NCBI GenBank assembly: GCA_030540435.1
Contig: JAUNWG010000002.1
Span: 8,276 to 72,275, forward strand
DNA length: 64,000 nt
Source: Eubacteriales bacterium
Lineage (GTDB): Bacteria; Bacillota; Clostridia; Oscillospirales; Butyricicoccaceae
Direction: 5' to 3'
The notes under the pieces were generated by a model. That model saw only the letters and a list, made by a program, of their open reading frames with translations. It was not told where the DNA came from and did no database searches. Of the stretch, positions 36,865-46,813 are shown piece by piece. The translations under genes and the position numbers were made by a program. Position 1 is the first letter of the stretch. Every line of letters begins with the position of its first letter.

Positions 36865-38529
36865 TTATGCGCCGAAGCCCAGCGGGGAGAATGCTGCGTA
36901 AACGACGATGCAGCAGATTACAATTGCAACGGCGCAGACCTTGCGGTATTTCCACGGGGTCAGGTCAACTGCATGGACATCTTCCTGGGTCCACGGCTCC
37001 ATCTCCGGATGCGCCTTCTTGTTTCTGCTGTTCATGAATGCCATGATGAGCAGTTCAATCGGCCACAGGATCATGATCGCATACAGATAATGGATGGTAC
37101 CATCGCCGGCGCCAAACAGCGAGTAGCTCGGAGCGATCAGCAGGAACGCGCCGTAGCAAACGACATGGAATACCATGATAAACTTCGCTGCATACTTCGG
37201 CAGGTACTTGAAGAAGAAGCCGCCGAATACTGCGGACAGAACCGGAAGGCCGATCAGCATAACAAAGGAATCGAGGAAGGTCTTCAGACCTGCCGGGAAG
37301 AAGTAGACCATCGGGCCGACGATCGTGGTAGCGACAGCAAATACAATGCCGATATTCTTGCCGACCTTGACCAGCTTGTCCTCCGATGCGTCTTTGTTGA
37401 TATATTCCTTATAGATATCCATCGTGAACATGGTGTTTACCGAGTTCAAAACGGAGTTGAACGAAGACAGGATCGCGCCGAACATAACAGCTGCGAAGAA
37501 GCCCATCAGCGGCGCCGGGATAACCTCCGTAACCAGCTGCGGATATGCAGCGTCCATCATGGTAACCTGATTGCCTTCGATCTCGAACAGTGCGAATGCG
37601 ATAACGCCCGGCAGAGCCAGATACATAAAGCCGATGATCTTGAGGAATGCGCAGTACAGTGCGCCCTTCTGTGCTTCCTTGAGGTTTTCCGCAGCAAGTA
37701 CGCGCTGGATAAACGACTGGTGCGTACACCAGGACTGCAGGCCGAGGAAGATCAGGCCGGTGAATACCGTAACCCACGGGACCTCCGGTGCTTCTGCATT
37801 CAGTCTGCCGATGGAGTTCAGCTTCTCCGGATAATTCTGTACCAGATACTTGAAGCCGTCGATGATTGCAACGCCGTCATAGCCAGCTGCATTGCCCAGT
37901 ACGTGCAGTGCAAAGAACGGGATCATGAAGCCGCCGATCAACAGGCCGACGCCATTTACGGTATCCGATACGGCAACCGCCTTCAGACCGCCGAAAATTG
38001 CATAGATCGAACCGACCACGCTGATGAGGATACACAGGATAACGACCGACTGGAAAGTCGTAATGCCGAACATGTCGGATACATGGAAAATGTTCTCAAA
38101 TACCAGAGAACCGGAATACAGGATAACCGGAATCTGTACCACCAGGTACAGGATAATGTATGCGATCGAGAACCACAGCTTGGTGCTGCGGTCAAAGCGC
38201 AGGCCGATCAGCTCCGGGATCGTGGTGATGCCGCTCTTGAGGTAGCGCGGCGCTGCAAACAGTGCGAGGAAAATACAGCACGGCGCTGCAACGATCTCAA
38301 ATGCCATCGGGCTCATGCCGACAAACCATGTCTGACCGTTGGTTCCTACGAGCTGCTCTGCCGAAAGGTTGGTCAGCAGCAGCGAACCTGCAATGACAAA
38401 GCCCGGAAGTCCGCGGCCTGCCAAAAAGTAACCATCAGCTGTCGTCTGGTCGTCACCTTTGGTTTTAAAATAAGAAATGACTGCTACCAGGATCGTGAAG
38501 CCGATGAACGTAATAAATGTCCAAAGCAT
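36865..38529 (-). CDS. sodium:solute symporter (SSS/SGLT family)
   Basis: 554 aa with about 13-14 TM segments. YFLAGRGLPGFVIAGSLLLTNLSAEQLVG is the SSS signature. Confidence 0.9.
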   Translation of the reverse strand: MLWTFITFIGFTILVAVISYFKTKGDDQTTADGYFLAGRGLPGFVIAGSLLLTNLSAEQLVGTNGQTWFVGMSPMAFEIVAAPCCIFLALFAAPRYLKSGITTIPELIGLRFDRSTKLWFSIAYIILYLVVQIPVILYSGSLVFENIFHVSDMFGITTFQSVVILCILISVVGSIYAIFGGLKAVAVSDTVNGVGLLIGGFMIPFFALHVLGNAAGYDGVAIIDGFKYLVQNYPEKLNSIGRLNAEAPEVPWVTVFTGLIFLGLQSWCTHQSFIQRVLAAENLKEAQKGALYCAFLKIIGFMYLALPGVIAFALFEIEGNQVTMMDAAYPQLVTEVIPAPLMGFFAAVMFGAILSSFNSVLNSVNTMFTMDIYKEYINKDASEDKLVKVGKNIGIVFAVATTIVGPMVYFFPAGLKTFLDSFVMLIGLPVLSAVFGGFFFKYLPKYAAKFIMVFHVVCYGAFLLIAPSYSLFGAGDGTIHYLYAIMILWPIELLIMAFMNSRNKKAHPEMEPWTQEDVHAVDLTPWKYRKVCAVAIVICCIVVYAAFSPLGFGA

Positions 38530-38635
38530 GAATTTCTCACTCCTTCTATTTTGTTTATCTCCAATTCTGTTCCAACCGCAAAAATATAGTTTTATGTGGT
38601 TTTTCTACTCCGTTCTCTCCCTCCTTATGTTTCAT

Positions 38636-38663
38636 ATTATACCATACTGCTTGTTTTTGACAA
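38636..38663 (-). promoter_or_regulatory. putative promoter of the symporter gene
   Basis: On the minus strand, TTGTCA, 16-nt spacer, TGgTATAAT (extended -10). Confidence 0.5.
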
Positions 38664-38791
38664 TGTGCTGTGTTGCGGCAAAATTGCGTGTTTTTGCTCG
38701 AATTGTTGTGGCATTTTTCATCATTTATGGGTATATCCCCGGTGCAGCAAACGCGCTGTATTTTTCGGCAAGCCGCATGAATGATATACGC

Positions 38792-38838
38792 AAAAGGAAA
38801 AAGGCGCCCAGACCAGTTTCCCAGCCTTGGCGCCTTTT
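38792..38838 (-). terminator. terminator after the TIM-barrel gene
   Basis: AAGGCGCC / GGCGCCTT stem followed on the minus strand by TTTTTCCTTTT. Confidence 0.6.
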
Positions 38839-38869
38839 CTATTGAAAAAATGAGAATAAAGGATATGCT

Positions 38870-39835
38870 TTATCTGCTGATGGTAGCCTTGAGTGCATCG
38901 ATAGAGGTCTCCAGACCAGCCTCAACGCTCATGGTCAGGTCTTCCATCTCAAGCGATACATAGCCGTCGTAGCCCATCATATGGCATACAGAGAAGAATT
39001 CCTTCCACCACTTGAGGTCGCGGCCGCAGCCAACTGCTACGTAGTTCCAGGTGCGATCCTTGGAGCAGTCAACCGGCAGGTTCTCCAGCAGGCCGTCAAC
39101 ATCGACATTGTACTGCTCCGGACGTGCGTCCTTGCCGTGTACATAGAAGATCTTGTCGCCCAGTGCGCGTGCAGCTGCGATCGGCTCTGCGCCCTGAATC
39201 ATCAGGTGGGACGGGTCAAGGTTCAGACCGAGTACATCGGAATCCTCGCCTACTACTTCACACAGCTTGTTGAAGGTGCGGACGTTGTGAACCAGTGCGC
39301 CCGGGAACTCCTCAATTGCGATCTTCTTGACGCCAGCTTCCTTTGCGATGCGGCAGGTTTCCTTCCACCACTCTGCTGCTACTTCCCACTGGTACTTTAC
39401 GCCTTCTGCCATGTAGTTGAAGCCGTCGTACTCCGGCCAGGATACGGTGGATACGAACCAGTTCGGGGTCTTGTCGCCCGGTGCGCCTGCCGGCAGGCCG
39501 GACATGGTAACAACGGTGTCAACGCCCATCTTGCCAGCCAGAACCATGGTATCACGCATGGTCTTGGAATGTGCATGGCCCATTGGGGTGTCAATCAGCG
39601 GGTTGCCGGAGCAGTTCAGTGCGGAAATTGCCAGACCGCGCTTCTCGATCTCAGCGAGGAATGCTTCGCGCTTTGCGTCGTCCTTGATGTAGTCCTCAGC
39701 ACACTCGATGAAGTTGCAGCCGCCCCAGCCGCCAGCGGTCATTTCAATTGCATCAAGGCCGTATGCTACAACCTTGTCCAGCATTTCAGTAAAAGGAATC
39801 TTGCCGAATACGTCGGTGCAGATAGAAAGTTTCAT
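38870..39835 (-). CDS. sugar phosphate isomerase/epimerase (xylose isomerase-like TIM barrel)
   Basis: 321 aa. AP_endonuc_2 / IolE-like pattern (MKLSICTDVFGK..., HGKD). Confidence 0.85.
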   Translation of the reverse strand: MKLSICTDVFGKIPFTEMLDKVVAYGLDAIEMTAGGWGGCNFIECAEDYIKDDAKREAFLAEIEKRGLAISALNCSGNPLIDTPMGHAHSKTMRDTMVLAGKMGVDTVVTMSGLPAGAPGDKTPNWFVSTVSWPEYDGFNYMAEGVKYQWEVAAEWWKETCRIAKEAGVKKIAIEEFPGALVHNVRTFNKLCEVVGEDSDVLGLNLDPSHLMIQGAEPIAAARALGDKIFYVHGKDARPEQYNVDVDGLLENLPVDCSKDRTWNYVAVGCGRDLKWWKEFFSVCHMMGYDGYVSLEMEDLTMSVEAGLETSIDALKATISR

Positions 39836-39932
39836 AATATATCTCCTCTATTTAGGAATGTGCCGGGGCGGCCGATGCCGCCCCGGCAGGTTTTATGTTG
39901 TATGAGAATAAGCGAATAAGCGGTTATTCAGA

Positions 39933-41114
39933 TTACTTAACGTCTACCCAAACAGCGCCCTTGTCAGCGGACTCAGCACAAGCGTTGATCCACTTGATGC
40001 CTTCGATGCCGTGCTCCAGATCCGGGTAAACCAGGTTCTTCAGGGTCTCTTCGTCGCCGCGATCCTTTGCGTCCATTGCGATCGCGAAGCGCTTGTACAG
40101 GTTGGACCAGGAATCGATCAGACCGGTGTAGTGCAGTGCGCCCAGACGCTCGTCTTCCAGTGCTTCCGGTGCGAGGTAATCCATCGAACGATACAGGATC
40201 TGCTCCGGCTGACCCTGTACCTGATAGTGCAGTTCGTCCGGATGCATGTCGTTCCACTCCAGGGAAGCCTTGGAGCCTACGATACGGATGTGCTGGGAGG
40301 AATGGTCGCCAGCGTTAACAGCGGAAGCCCACATACGGCCTACAGCGCCGCTCTCGTAACGCATCAGAACGTAAGCGTTGTCCTCCAGCGGGTAACGGGA
40401 GCCTACGAATGCCTGACGGTCACACAGAACCTGCTTCAGCTTCTCATCCGGGCAGATCAGCTCAGACATGTAGTAGGTATGGGTGGACAGGTCGCCCAGT
40501 ACGAAGGAACGGCCAACCTTAGACGGATCAACACGCCACTTCTGGCCCTCAGCCTTAACGTCAGCCTCTGCGTCACAGCCAAAGCCGTGTGCGTAGCGCA
40601 GGTCGATCATGTTTACCTTGCCGATGTCGCCGTTCTTGATCATAGCGCGCATCTGCTGCAGCAGTTCAAAACCGGAGAAGCCATAGGTTACGCAAACGAT
40701 CTTGCCCTTTTCCTCAGCCAGCTTCTTGATCTCTTCGCCCTGCTCTACTTCGAAGAACAGCGGCTTCTCGCAGATAACATGCAGGCCAGCTTCCAGAGCA
40801 GCCTTGGTTACTTCATAATGCAGGAAGTTCGGGGTAGCTACGTCAACAGCCTCGATGCCGTCCTCGCGCTTTGCCTCTTCCTCGAACATGGTCTTGTAAT
40901 CCGGGTACAGACGATCCTCGTCCATGCACAGGTTCAGGCCGAACTGCTTGCCGCGCTCGAAATCAACGTCAAATGCAGCTGCCTTGAGTACGAAGGATGT
41001 GTTGTCGCGCATAGCGCCCAGACGATGCTTGTAGCCTACGCCACTGGTGGAGCCGCCGCCTACGATGCCCCAACGGAACGGTTCTCTCTCAAAATTCTTT
41101 TCGCCGATGTACAT
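39933..41114 (-). CDS. Gfo/Idh/MocA-family NAD(P)-dependent oxidoreductase
   Basis: MYIGEKNFEREPFRWGIVGGGSTSGVGYKH Rossmann N-terminus and the EKPL motif (ICEKPLF). ATG 41114 follows an AAGGAAAGGAAG RBS. Confidence 0.9.
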   Translation of the reverse strand: MYIGEKNFEREPFRWGIVGGGSTSGVGYKHRLGAMRDNTSFVLKAAAFDVDFERGKQFGLNLCMDEDRLYPDYKTMFEEEAKREDGIEAVDVATPNFLHYEVTKAALEAGLHVICEKPLFFEVEQGEEIKKLAEEKGKIVCVTYGFSGFELLQQMRAMIKNGDIGKVNMIDLRYAHGFGCDAEADVKAEGQKWRVDPSKVGRSFVLGDLSTHTYYMSELICPDEKLKQVLCDRQAFVGSRYPLEDNAYVLMRYESGAVGRMWASAVNAGDHSSQHIRIVGSKASLEWNDMHPDELHYQVQGQPEQILYRSMDYLAPEALEDERLGALHYTGLIDSWSNLYKRFAIAMDAKDRGDEETLKNLVYPDLEHGIEGIKWINACAESADKGAVWVDVK

Positions 41115-41352
41115 AATGTTACTTCCTTTCCTTGTCTTGATGGCCTTTTTTCTCATGAATTTTTTGGGTTTGCGCAAGCGATATGCAATTACATTGAATT
41201 ATATGTATATAATCTAAAAATTCAATGTTTTTTGTATATTTTGTCTCTTGCGTTCTTTCTGGTATTAGTATAATATAATATCATGCAATCGTAAATATTT
41301 ATAGTTGCTTTGAAATTCATCGATATTGCTTTTTGATTGAGGTGTGAAAATT

Positions 41353-42231
41353 ATGAAGAGTGTTGACCCTGGTATTTTGCCACATTCCCACTGCGCTACG
41401 TTCCAGCCATCTGAATTTGCACGGAAAAATCTTATCTACATGACATGGTGCGGCCATTATTTCTGCACCGACAAGTATTATATGGACCGTGAATCCTATC
41501 CGGAAAACCTGCTGCTGTTCATCCGCAACGGCGAGATGGATGTGCGGTACCAAGGTTCGGAGTATACCATCAGCAAAGGCGACCTGCTGCTGTTGGACTG
41601 CCTGCATCCGCATTACTACCGTGCACATAACGAATGTGAATTTGTTTACGTTCACTTTGACGGGAACAATTCTCATGTGCTTGTCAATTACATCATCGAC
41701 CTGAATGGCAGTCCGGTATTCCGCCAGGAATCCAACATGGAAATCGGCAAGGCGCTGTATGACAACGCCCTGCTGCATGAAAAGGGCGCTGTCCAGCCGC
41801 CGCTCCAGATCGCCACATGGATCACCCAGCTACTGTACCAGCTTTCGCTTGTCGCCGTCCCGCCTATCCAGGAAAACTCCCCTGTCAACCAGGCAATCAA
41901 ATACATCCTGGAGCATGTCGGCGAACCGATCACGCTGGACGACCTCGCCCGGCTGACGAATTTCAGTACCTACTACCTGTCGCACCTGTTTAAAAAACAA
42001 ACCGGCTATTCTCCCACAGAGTACATCATCAACACCCGTTTGGAAAAAGCGGAGCGCCTGCTGACCCATACCGGCAAATCCGTCAATGAGATCGCCTATG
42101 AGGTGGGCTACAGCTCCGCCAGCAGCTTTATCAATGTATTTACCAAAAAGGTCGGTTTTACGCCAAAGAAGTTCCGCACCCTGCACCAGAACGGCGATAC
42201 CCTCGCAGGTGATCCGCTGTCGCGGTTTTAA
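41353..42231 (+). CDS. AraC-family transcriptional regulator (cupin sensor + HTH)
   Basis: C-terminal dual HTH (LSHLFKKQTGYSPTEYIINTRLEKAERLL...SVNEIAYEVGYSSASSFINVFTKKVG). ATG 41353 lies 9 nt after GAGGTG. Divergent from the oxidoreductase operon. Confidence 0.92.
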   Translation: MKSVDPGILPHSHCATFQPSEFARKNLIYMTWCGHYFCTDKYYMDRESYPENLLLFIRNGEMDVRYQGSEYTISKGDLLLLDCLHPHYYRAHNECEFVYVHFDGNNSHVLVNYIIDLNGSPVFRQESNMEIGKALYDNALLHEKGAVQPPLQIATWITQLLYQLSLVAVPPIQENSPVNQAIKYILEHVGEPITLDDLARLTNFSTYYLSHLFKKQTGYSPTEYIINTRLEKAERLLTHTGKSVNEIAYEVGYSSASSFINVFTKKVGFTPKKFRTLHQNGDTLAGDPLSRF

Positions 42232-42249
42232 GGCGCGCGGCACTACGCA

Positions 42250-42278
42250 ACACGGTCCATCCCGGACCGTGTTTTTTT
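42250..42278 (+). terminator. terminator of the AraC gene
   Basis: ACACGGTCC / GGACCGTGT stem followed by TTTTTTT. Confidence 0.75.
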
Positions 42279-42465
42279 GTCCGCAGACATAAGAACAGCC
42301 GCTGTCAGTGGGGAACTGACAGCGGCTGCCTGCCGCGTTGTATGCAGCGCCATAATCCCAAATAGGCAACTGCAGAAGTTTTTTTCCAAAAGTTGAAGAG
42401 AAAATCTAATGAATCCTAAGAGAACTCTTGTGTGAACTGATTACTCTTGTTGAAACAGAAACAGA

Positions 42466-43497
42466 TTACATATAATCTGCAACGTTGTCCTTGGTTACCG
42501 GCTCGAACGGAACCCAGCAAGTGGAGTCGCTATAATCCTCACCGGAGTCATCCAGTGCGTACTCTTCCATGCCCTTGTTGATCGGGTCGCCAGCGATCAG
42601 GTTCATTGCTGCAATAACAGAGCCCTTGCCCTGACCAACCGGATTCTGGAATACGGTCATAGCCAGCGTGCCTTCGGTGATTGCCTGTGCGCCGTCCTTG
42701 GTGCAGTCGATGCCAACGATCGGGAAGTCGATCTCAACGCCTGCATCCTTACAAGCCTCAACAGCACCCAGTGCCATTGCGTCGTTGTTTGCGATGATGC
42801 AGTCATAATCAATACCGGAGGTCAGCAGCGGCTGAATCATTTCCTGTGCGGTCGGACGGTCATAGTCTGCTACTACCGGTGCAGAAGCCTCGGTTGCCTT
42901 GATACCATTGTCCTCCAGCGCTCTCAGAACGCCAGCGGAACGCTTGGTGGTAGAAACCTGACCCAGTGTGCCCTGAATCATCAGGTACTTGATCTCGGTC
43001 TTGCCAGCATCCTTGAAGTACTGCGCCAGATACTCGCCCTGGAAGTAGCCGGAGGTATCCTCATCAGAGCCTACATAAGCTACGTTTTCCGCTGCGATCT
43101 CATGCATATTCGTAGGCGGGCGGTTAACAAAGACGAGCTTTGCTTCGCCAGCAGCGTCGATCAGGGACTGTGTGCCGTCTGCATCGACCGGAAGACAGAT
43201 AACTGCTTCTGCGCCGCCGTTTACTGCGGTCTCGATGTACTGAATCTGCTTTGCAGAGTCATTCTGCGCGTCCTGCGTAACGATGTTATAGCCGAGCGGT
43301 TCTGCCTCTGCCTTCATAGCAGACTCGATAGAAGACATAAACTCATCACGAGCTGCGATGACAAAGGTTAAATCCTTCAGCCCCTTTTTATCAGAAGCTG
43401 CAGAGCCGCCGTCGCCGCCTGTGCTGCCACAACCAGCCAACAAACCAGCGCTCATTACGCCTGCCATAACCAGGGCCATTGTTCTTTTCAGTTTCAT
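42466..43497 (-). CDS. sugar ABC-transporter substrate-binding lipoprotein (type-1 periplasmic-binding fold), orphan
   Basis: MKLKRTMALVMAGVMSAGLLAGCGS lipobox. Ribose/galactose-type SBP body. No permease or ATPase gene is adjacent. Confidence 0.85.
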   Translation of the reverse strand: MKLKRTMALVMAGVMSAGLLAGCGSTGGDGGSAASDKKGLKDLTFVIAARDEFMSSIESAMKAEAEPLGYNIVTQDAQNDSAKQIQYIETAVNGGAEAVICLPVDADGTQSLIDAAGEAKLVFVNRPPTNMHEIAAENVAYVGSDEDTSGYFQGEYLAQYFKDAGKTEIKYLMIQGTLGQVSTTKRSAGVLRALEDNGIKATEASAPVVADYDRPTAQEMIQPLLTSGIDYDCIIANNDAMALGAVEACKDAGVEIDFPIVGIDCTKDGAQAITEGTLAMTVFQNPVGQGKGSVIAAMNLIAGDPINKGMEEYALDDSGEDYSDSTCWVPFEPVTKDNVADYM

Positions 43498-43855
43498 CCT
43501 TAAGTTCCTCTCTTTCTGTAACAATAGACAGATTCTTCTAAATAAAAGCGTGTCCGCCGCGGCATGACTGAGGCACCCTTTTATTTCGTAGATTCCAACA
43601 AAAAAATGTTCTTTTTCAGCACTTTTCTGTTGTTGCCCTTATTATACAGGATTCATTAAATTTTAAAATATTGCTTTTTGTTGTAAAGTTTATCTTTCTT
43701 GCTGTTTTCACAATAATTTGCGTATTTTCCCAGAAAAAAGTACACTATAATTTCCCATTCTTGCGAAAAATCAACCAATCTTGCTTTTCATTCCCAGTAA
43801 AATTGTGTGTTTTTGCTGTGGTGCGGCAGCCGCCCAGACGGCCTGCATCTGTATA

Positions 43856-43883
43856 CAAACAAAGACCCGGACATCCGTCCGGG
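43856..43883 (-). terminator. terminator of the MATE gene
   Basis: CCCGGAC / GTCCGGG stem followed on the minus strand by TCTTTGTTTG. Confidence 0.55.
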
Positions 43884-43891
43884 CCTCCGCC

Positions 43892-45256
43892 TTATTCCTC
43901 ATCGAATCGTTTGAAATATCTTCTATATGTGATGACAAATAGCACTGCTGCAAGCATGGTCGCCAGATAGTCCGTGACCGGCTGCGCCAGTGCGATATGA
44001 TTCGCCTGTGTGAAAATCCGGTTGAACGTATACAGGATCGGCAGGAATAGCAAGCCCTGTCTGCTGATGGACAGAATCAACGCCGGGATCGCCGCACCGG
44101 TGGACTGGATGGCATTGATAAACACAAACAGGAAACCGATGATCGGGCCGGAAAGGATATAGGCGCGCGAGAAGGAAAAGCCGAACTGAAACGCCTCCGG
44201 GTCCTGTAGGAACACCGTGACCAGCGGTCCCGCAAATACATAGCATATGATCGTCATAATAATGCTCAGGCAAAAGGCCAGCATCAGGGAGAACTTCATG
44301 ACCGCAACAAAGCGTTTTTTATTGCCCGCGCCGAAGCAATAGCCAAGCAGCGGCTGGATGCCGCTGCCCAGTCCGATCAGCAGCATGACAACAATCATAT
44401 TGACCTTCATCGCAACGCCCAGACCGGCAACCGCCATATCACCATACTGCGCCATGACATTGTTGATAAAGATATTGGACACGCTCATGAGGACACTGTT
44501 CAGCGATGCCGGAATGCCGATCGCCATAACGCCGGTGGCAATGCTGTCGCCCGCCCGATAATCCCGCGGATGGATGGACAGCATGGACTTTTCTGAAACC
44601 AGATGCGCACAATAAAACAAAACGGAAACCACATTGCCCACAACGGTTGCCGCCGCCGCGCCCGCAACGTCCCAGCCAAGCGCCAGAATAAACACCGGGT
44701 CAAGGACAATATTGAGCACATTGCCGATGATCATACCCATCATTGCCTTCTGCGGCTTGCCCTCAGCACGGATAATATTGCTGAAGGTATTGCCGATGAT
44801 GGTAAACGGGATGCAGATCGCAATAATGCCCATATACTGCGTGGTATAGGCAAGGGTATCTTCGCTCGCGCCGATCAGACGGCAGATGGGTTCATTGAAC
44901 AGCCAGATAAAGACCATGGAAATGACGCCGATGACTGCGCCTGTCCAAAAGCAAAAGGACGAAATATGCCGCGCCTTCTTCTCGTTTCCCGCGCCAAGCA
45001 TACGGGAGATGAGCGAGGTGCCGCCAATGCCAAACAGCATTCCAACTGCCATAAAGATCAGGAACGCCGGTGTTGCGACCGATACGGCTGCAACCATCAG
45101 GGCGTCCTTTGTCTGGGAAATAAAGAATGTATCCGCAATATTATAGATAAGTACCATGATCATGCTGACCATCGACGGGATGGCATTGCTGATGACCGCT
45201 TTGGGTACCGGAGCGTCGCGGAACAATTCTATCGCTTTTTCATTCTGCATTGTCAA
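43892..45256 (-). CDS. MATE-family efflux transporter
   Basis: 454 aa with 12 TM segments. N-terminus ...PKAVISNAIPSMVSMIMVLIYNIADTFFIS is typical of NorM/DinF-type MATE proteins. Confidence 0.93.
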   Translation of the reverse strand: MTMQNEKAIELFRDAPVPKAVISNAIPSMVSMIMVLIYNIADTFFISQTKDALMVAAVSVATPAFLIFMAVGMLFGIGGTSLISRMLGAGNEKKARHISSFCFWTGAVIGVISMVFIWLFNEPICRLIGASEDTLAYTTQYMGIIAICIPFTIIGNTFSNIIRAEGKPQKAMMGMIIGNVLNIVLDPVFILALGWDVAGAAAATVVGNVVSVLFYCAHLVSEKSMLSIHPRDYRAGDSIATGVMAIGIPASLNSVLMSVSNIFINNVMAQYGDMAVAGLGVAMKVNMIVVMLLIGLGSGIQPLLGYCFGAGNKKRFVAVMKFSLMLAFCLSIIMTIICYVFAGPLVTVFLQDPEAFQFGFSFSRAYILSGPIIGFLFVFINAIQSTGAAIPALILSISRQGLLFLPILYTFNRIFTQANHIALAQPVTDYLATMLAAVLFVITYRRYFKRFDEE

Positions 45257-45693
45257 ATCTCCTTTATGTTATGCTTTTCCAGATTGTCATTGACCTGCTT
45301 GAGCAGCCGCAGAAGCTCCTGCCGCTCCTGTGCCGTCATGCCGGCAAACATGATCCCGTCAACAATTTCCGTGTTGTTCTCATTGCGCTGCACCAGCGCA
45401 ATGCCGCTGTCTGTCAGCCGGATCGGCCTGCTCCGCCTGCCCTTTTCCGCCTGCCCGCGGACGATATACCCCTTGTCTTCCAGCAGCCGCAGCACGTGCA
45501 ATACGCTCGTATGCTTGACGCCAAAGTAGGCGGAAATATGTGAAACTGAGCTGGTCTCCTCTGTACACTCGTACAGATATTCCAGCATACGCAGCTGTGT
45601 GCCGGTGATACCCATGCTTTTCAGCGCGGCATTCCAGCCCGCGTCCAGTTGATTTGATATCTTCTTCATGTAATATCCAAAATTACCGTCCAT
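45253..45693 (-). CDS. MarR-family transcriptional regulator
   Basis: MDGNFGYYMKKISNQLDAGWNAALKSMGITGTQLRMLEYL. The stop overlaps the MATE start (ATGA). ATG 45693 follows GGAGGG. Confidence 0.88.
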   Translation of the reverse strand: MDGNFGYYMKKISNQLDAGWNAALKSMGITGTQLRMLEYLYECTEETSSVSHISAYFGVKHTSVLHVLRLLEDKGYIVRGQAEKGRRSRPIRLTDSGIALVQRNENNTEIVDGIMFAGMTAQERQELLRLLKQVNDNLEKHNIKEI

Positions 45694-45927
45694 GGTTTCC
45701 CTCCATATGTAGCATGCTACATATATTAGCATACCTTCTCCTTCTTTGCAAGGGGGAAGTTCCCTGATTTGTAGCGTTTTCTGCTGGGACGTATCGTTCT
45801 CACAAATAAAGACAGAAATCCGTCCAAATCCATGCATTTCTTATCTATCCTGCACCTGTTTTTTTGCTTTCGGTTATGTTATACTAACCTTCAAAGTGTT
45901 TTTCTATCTGGAAAGGAGTGACCTGCT

Positions 45928-46785
45928 TTGCTGGAGGTTTGGACAGAATGTATTCTGGACCTGATCAAGACCATCCCGATTTTATTTATTGTATATTTTG
46001 TTATCAGCTGGCTGGAGACGCGTATGGATTCCGTCGCCCGTGTCGTCACAAGTACAGAGCCGGTCGGCCCAATCATCGGTGCATTGATCGGTGCGATCCC
46101 GCAGTGCGGCTTTTCCGTTGGCTGTTCGGCATTATACTGCCGCGGCTTCCTCGCACCGGCAACGCTGATCGCGGTATACCTTTCCACGTCAGATGAAGCG
46201 ATCCCTGTCCTGCTGGCAGGCGGCAGCGACTGGAAAACCGTATTCACGCTGATCGCAATTAAAATCGCGATTGCCGTCATCGCCGGTTATATCTATTATT
46301 TCCTGCTGTTCCGTGGCCGCTGGAATCTGGACGAATGGCCGGAAGAGGATGAGATCGACATGGACGAGGTCAACGCAGGCTGTTCCTGTTGCAATGGGCA
46401 GTCCCTGCTGGGCGCAGCGATTACCCGCACTGTCAACACCACGGTTTTCCTGCTCGTCACCATGCTCATCTTAAATACGATCATTTACCTGATCGGTGAA
46501 GATACGTTGTCCGGCCTGCTGCTGAACGGTTCGATCTTCCAGCCTGCGCTGTGTGCGCTCATTGGACTGATTCCCGGCTGCGCGGTATCCGTGCTGCTCA
46601 TCGAGCTGCTGACCTCCGGCGCCATCAGCTTTGGCAGCGTGATCGCCGGATTGTCCGCCGGTGCAGGCTTTGGCTTTGTCCTGCTGGTCAGCGAAGCGCC
46701 CAAGCGCCGCTATGCCTTTCAGATCATCGGCTGTACCTACATCGCCGCAGTCATTGCAGGCATGCTGATCGATTTTATCATGTAA
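45928..46785 (+). CDS. polytopic membrane protein, putative 10-TM metal exporter (ArsP_2-like, from memory)
   Basis: 285 aa. The IPQCGFS / IPGCAVS repeated motif suggests an internal duplication. TTG start 9 nt after AAAGGAG. TGtTATACT extended -10 at 45877-45885. Confidence 0.6.
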   Translation: MLEVWTECILDLIKTIPILFIVYFVISWLETRMDSVARVVTSTEPVGPIIGALIGAIPQCGFSVGCSALYCRGFLAPATLIAVYLSTSDEAIPVLLAGGSDWKTVFTLIAIKIAIAVIAGYIYYFLLFRGRWNLDEWPEEDEIDMDEVNAGCSCCNGQSLLGAAITRTVNTTVFLLVTMLILNTIIYLIGEDTLSGLLLNGSIFQPALCALIGLIPGCAVSVLLIELLTSGAISFGSVIAGLSAGAGFGFVLLVSEAPKRRYAFQIIGCTYIAAVIAGMLIDFIM

Positions 46786-46813
46786 CGATATCAATTGTTC
46801 GATAGGAGAAACT

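Noticed and set aside
42297-42327. Perfect 12-bp hairpin AGCCGCTGTCAG-TGGGGAA-CTGACAGCGGCT between the AraC and SBP genes.
   Set aside because: It has no U-tract on either strand and lies about 140 nt from the SBP stop. It may be a stabiliser or a protein site, but there is nothing to assign. It does contain GCTGACA once, which on its own is not significant.
42443-42455. TTACTCTTG, the XRE-operator-like 9-mer from 5578-5586, recurs downstream of the SBP gene.
   Set aside because: A single 9-mer match in 64 kb on both strands is close to chance expectation (about 0.5).
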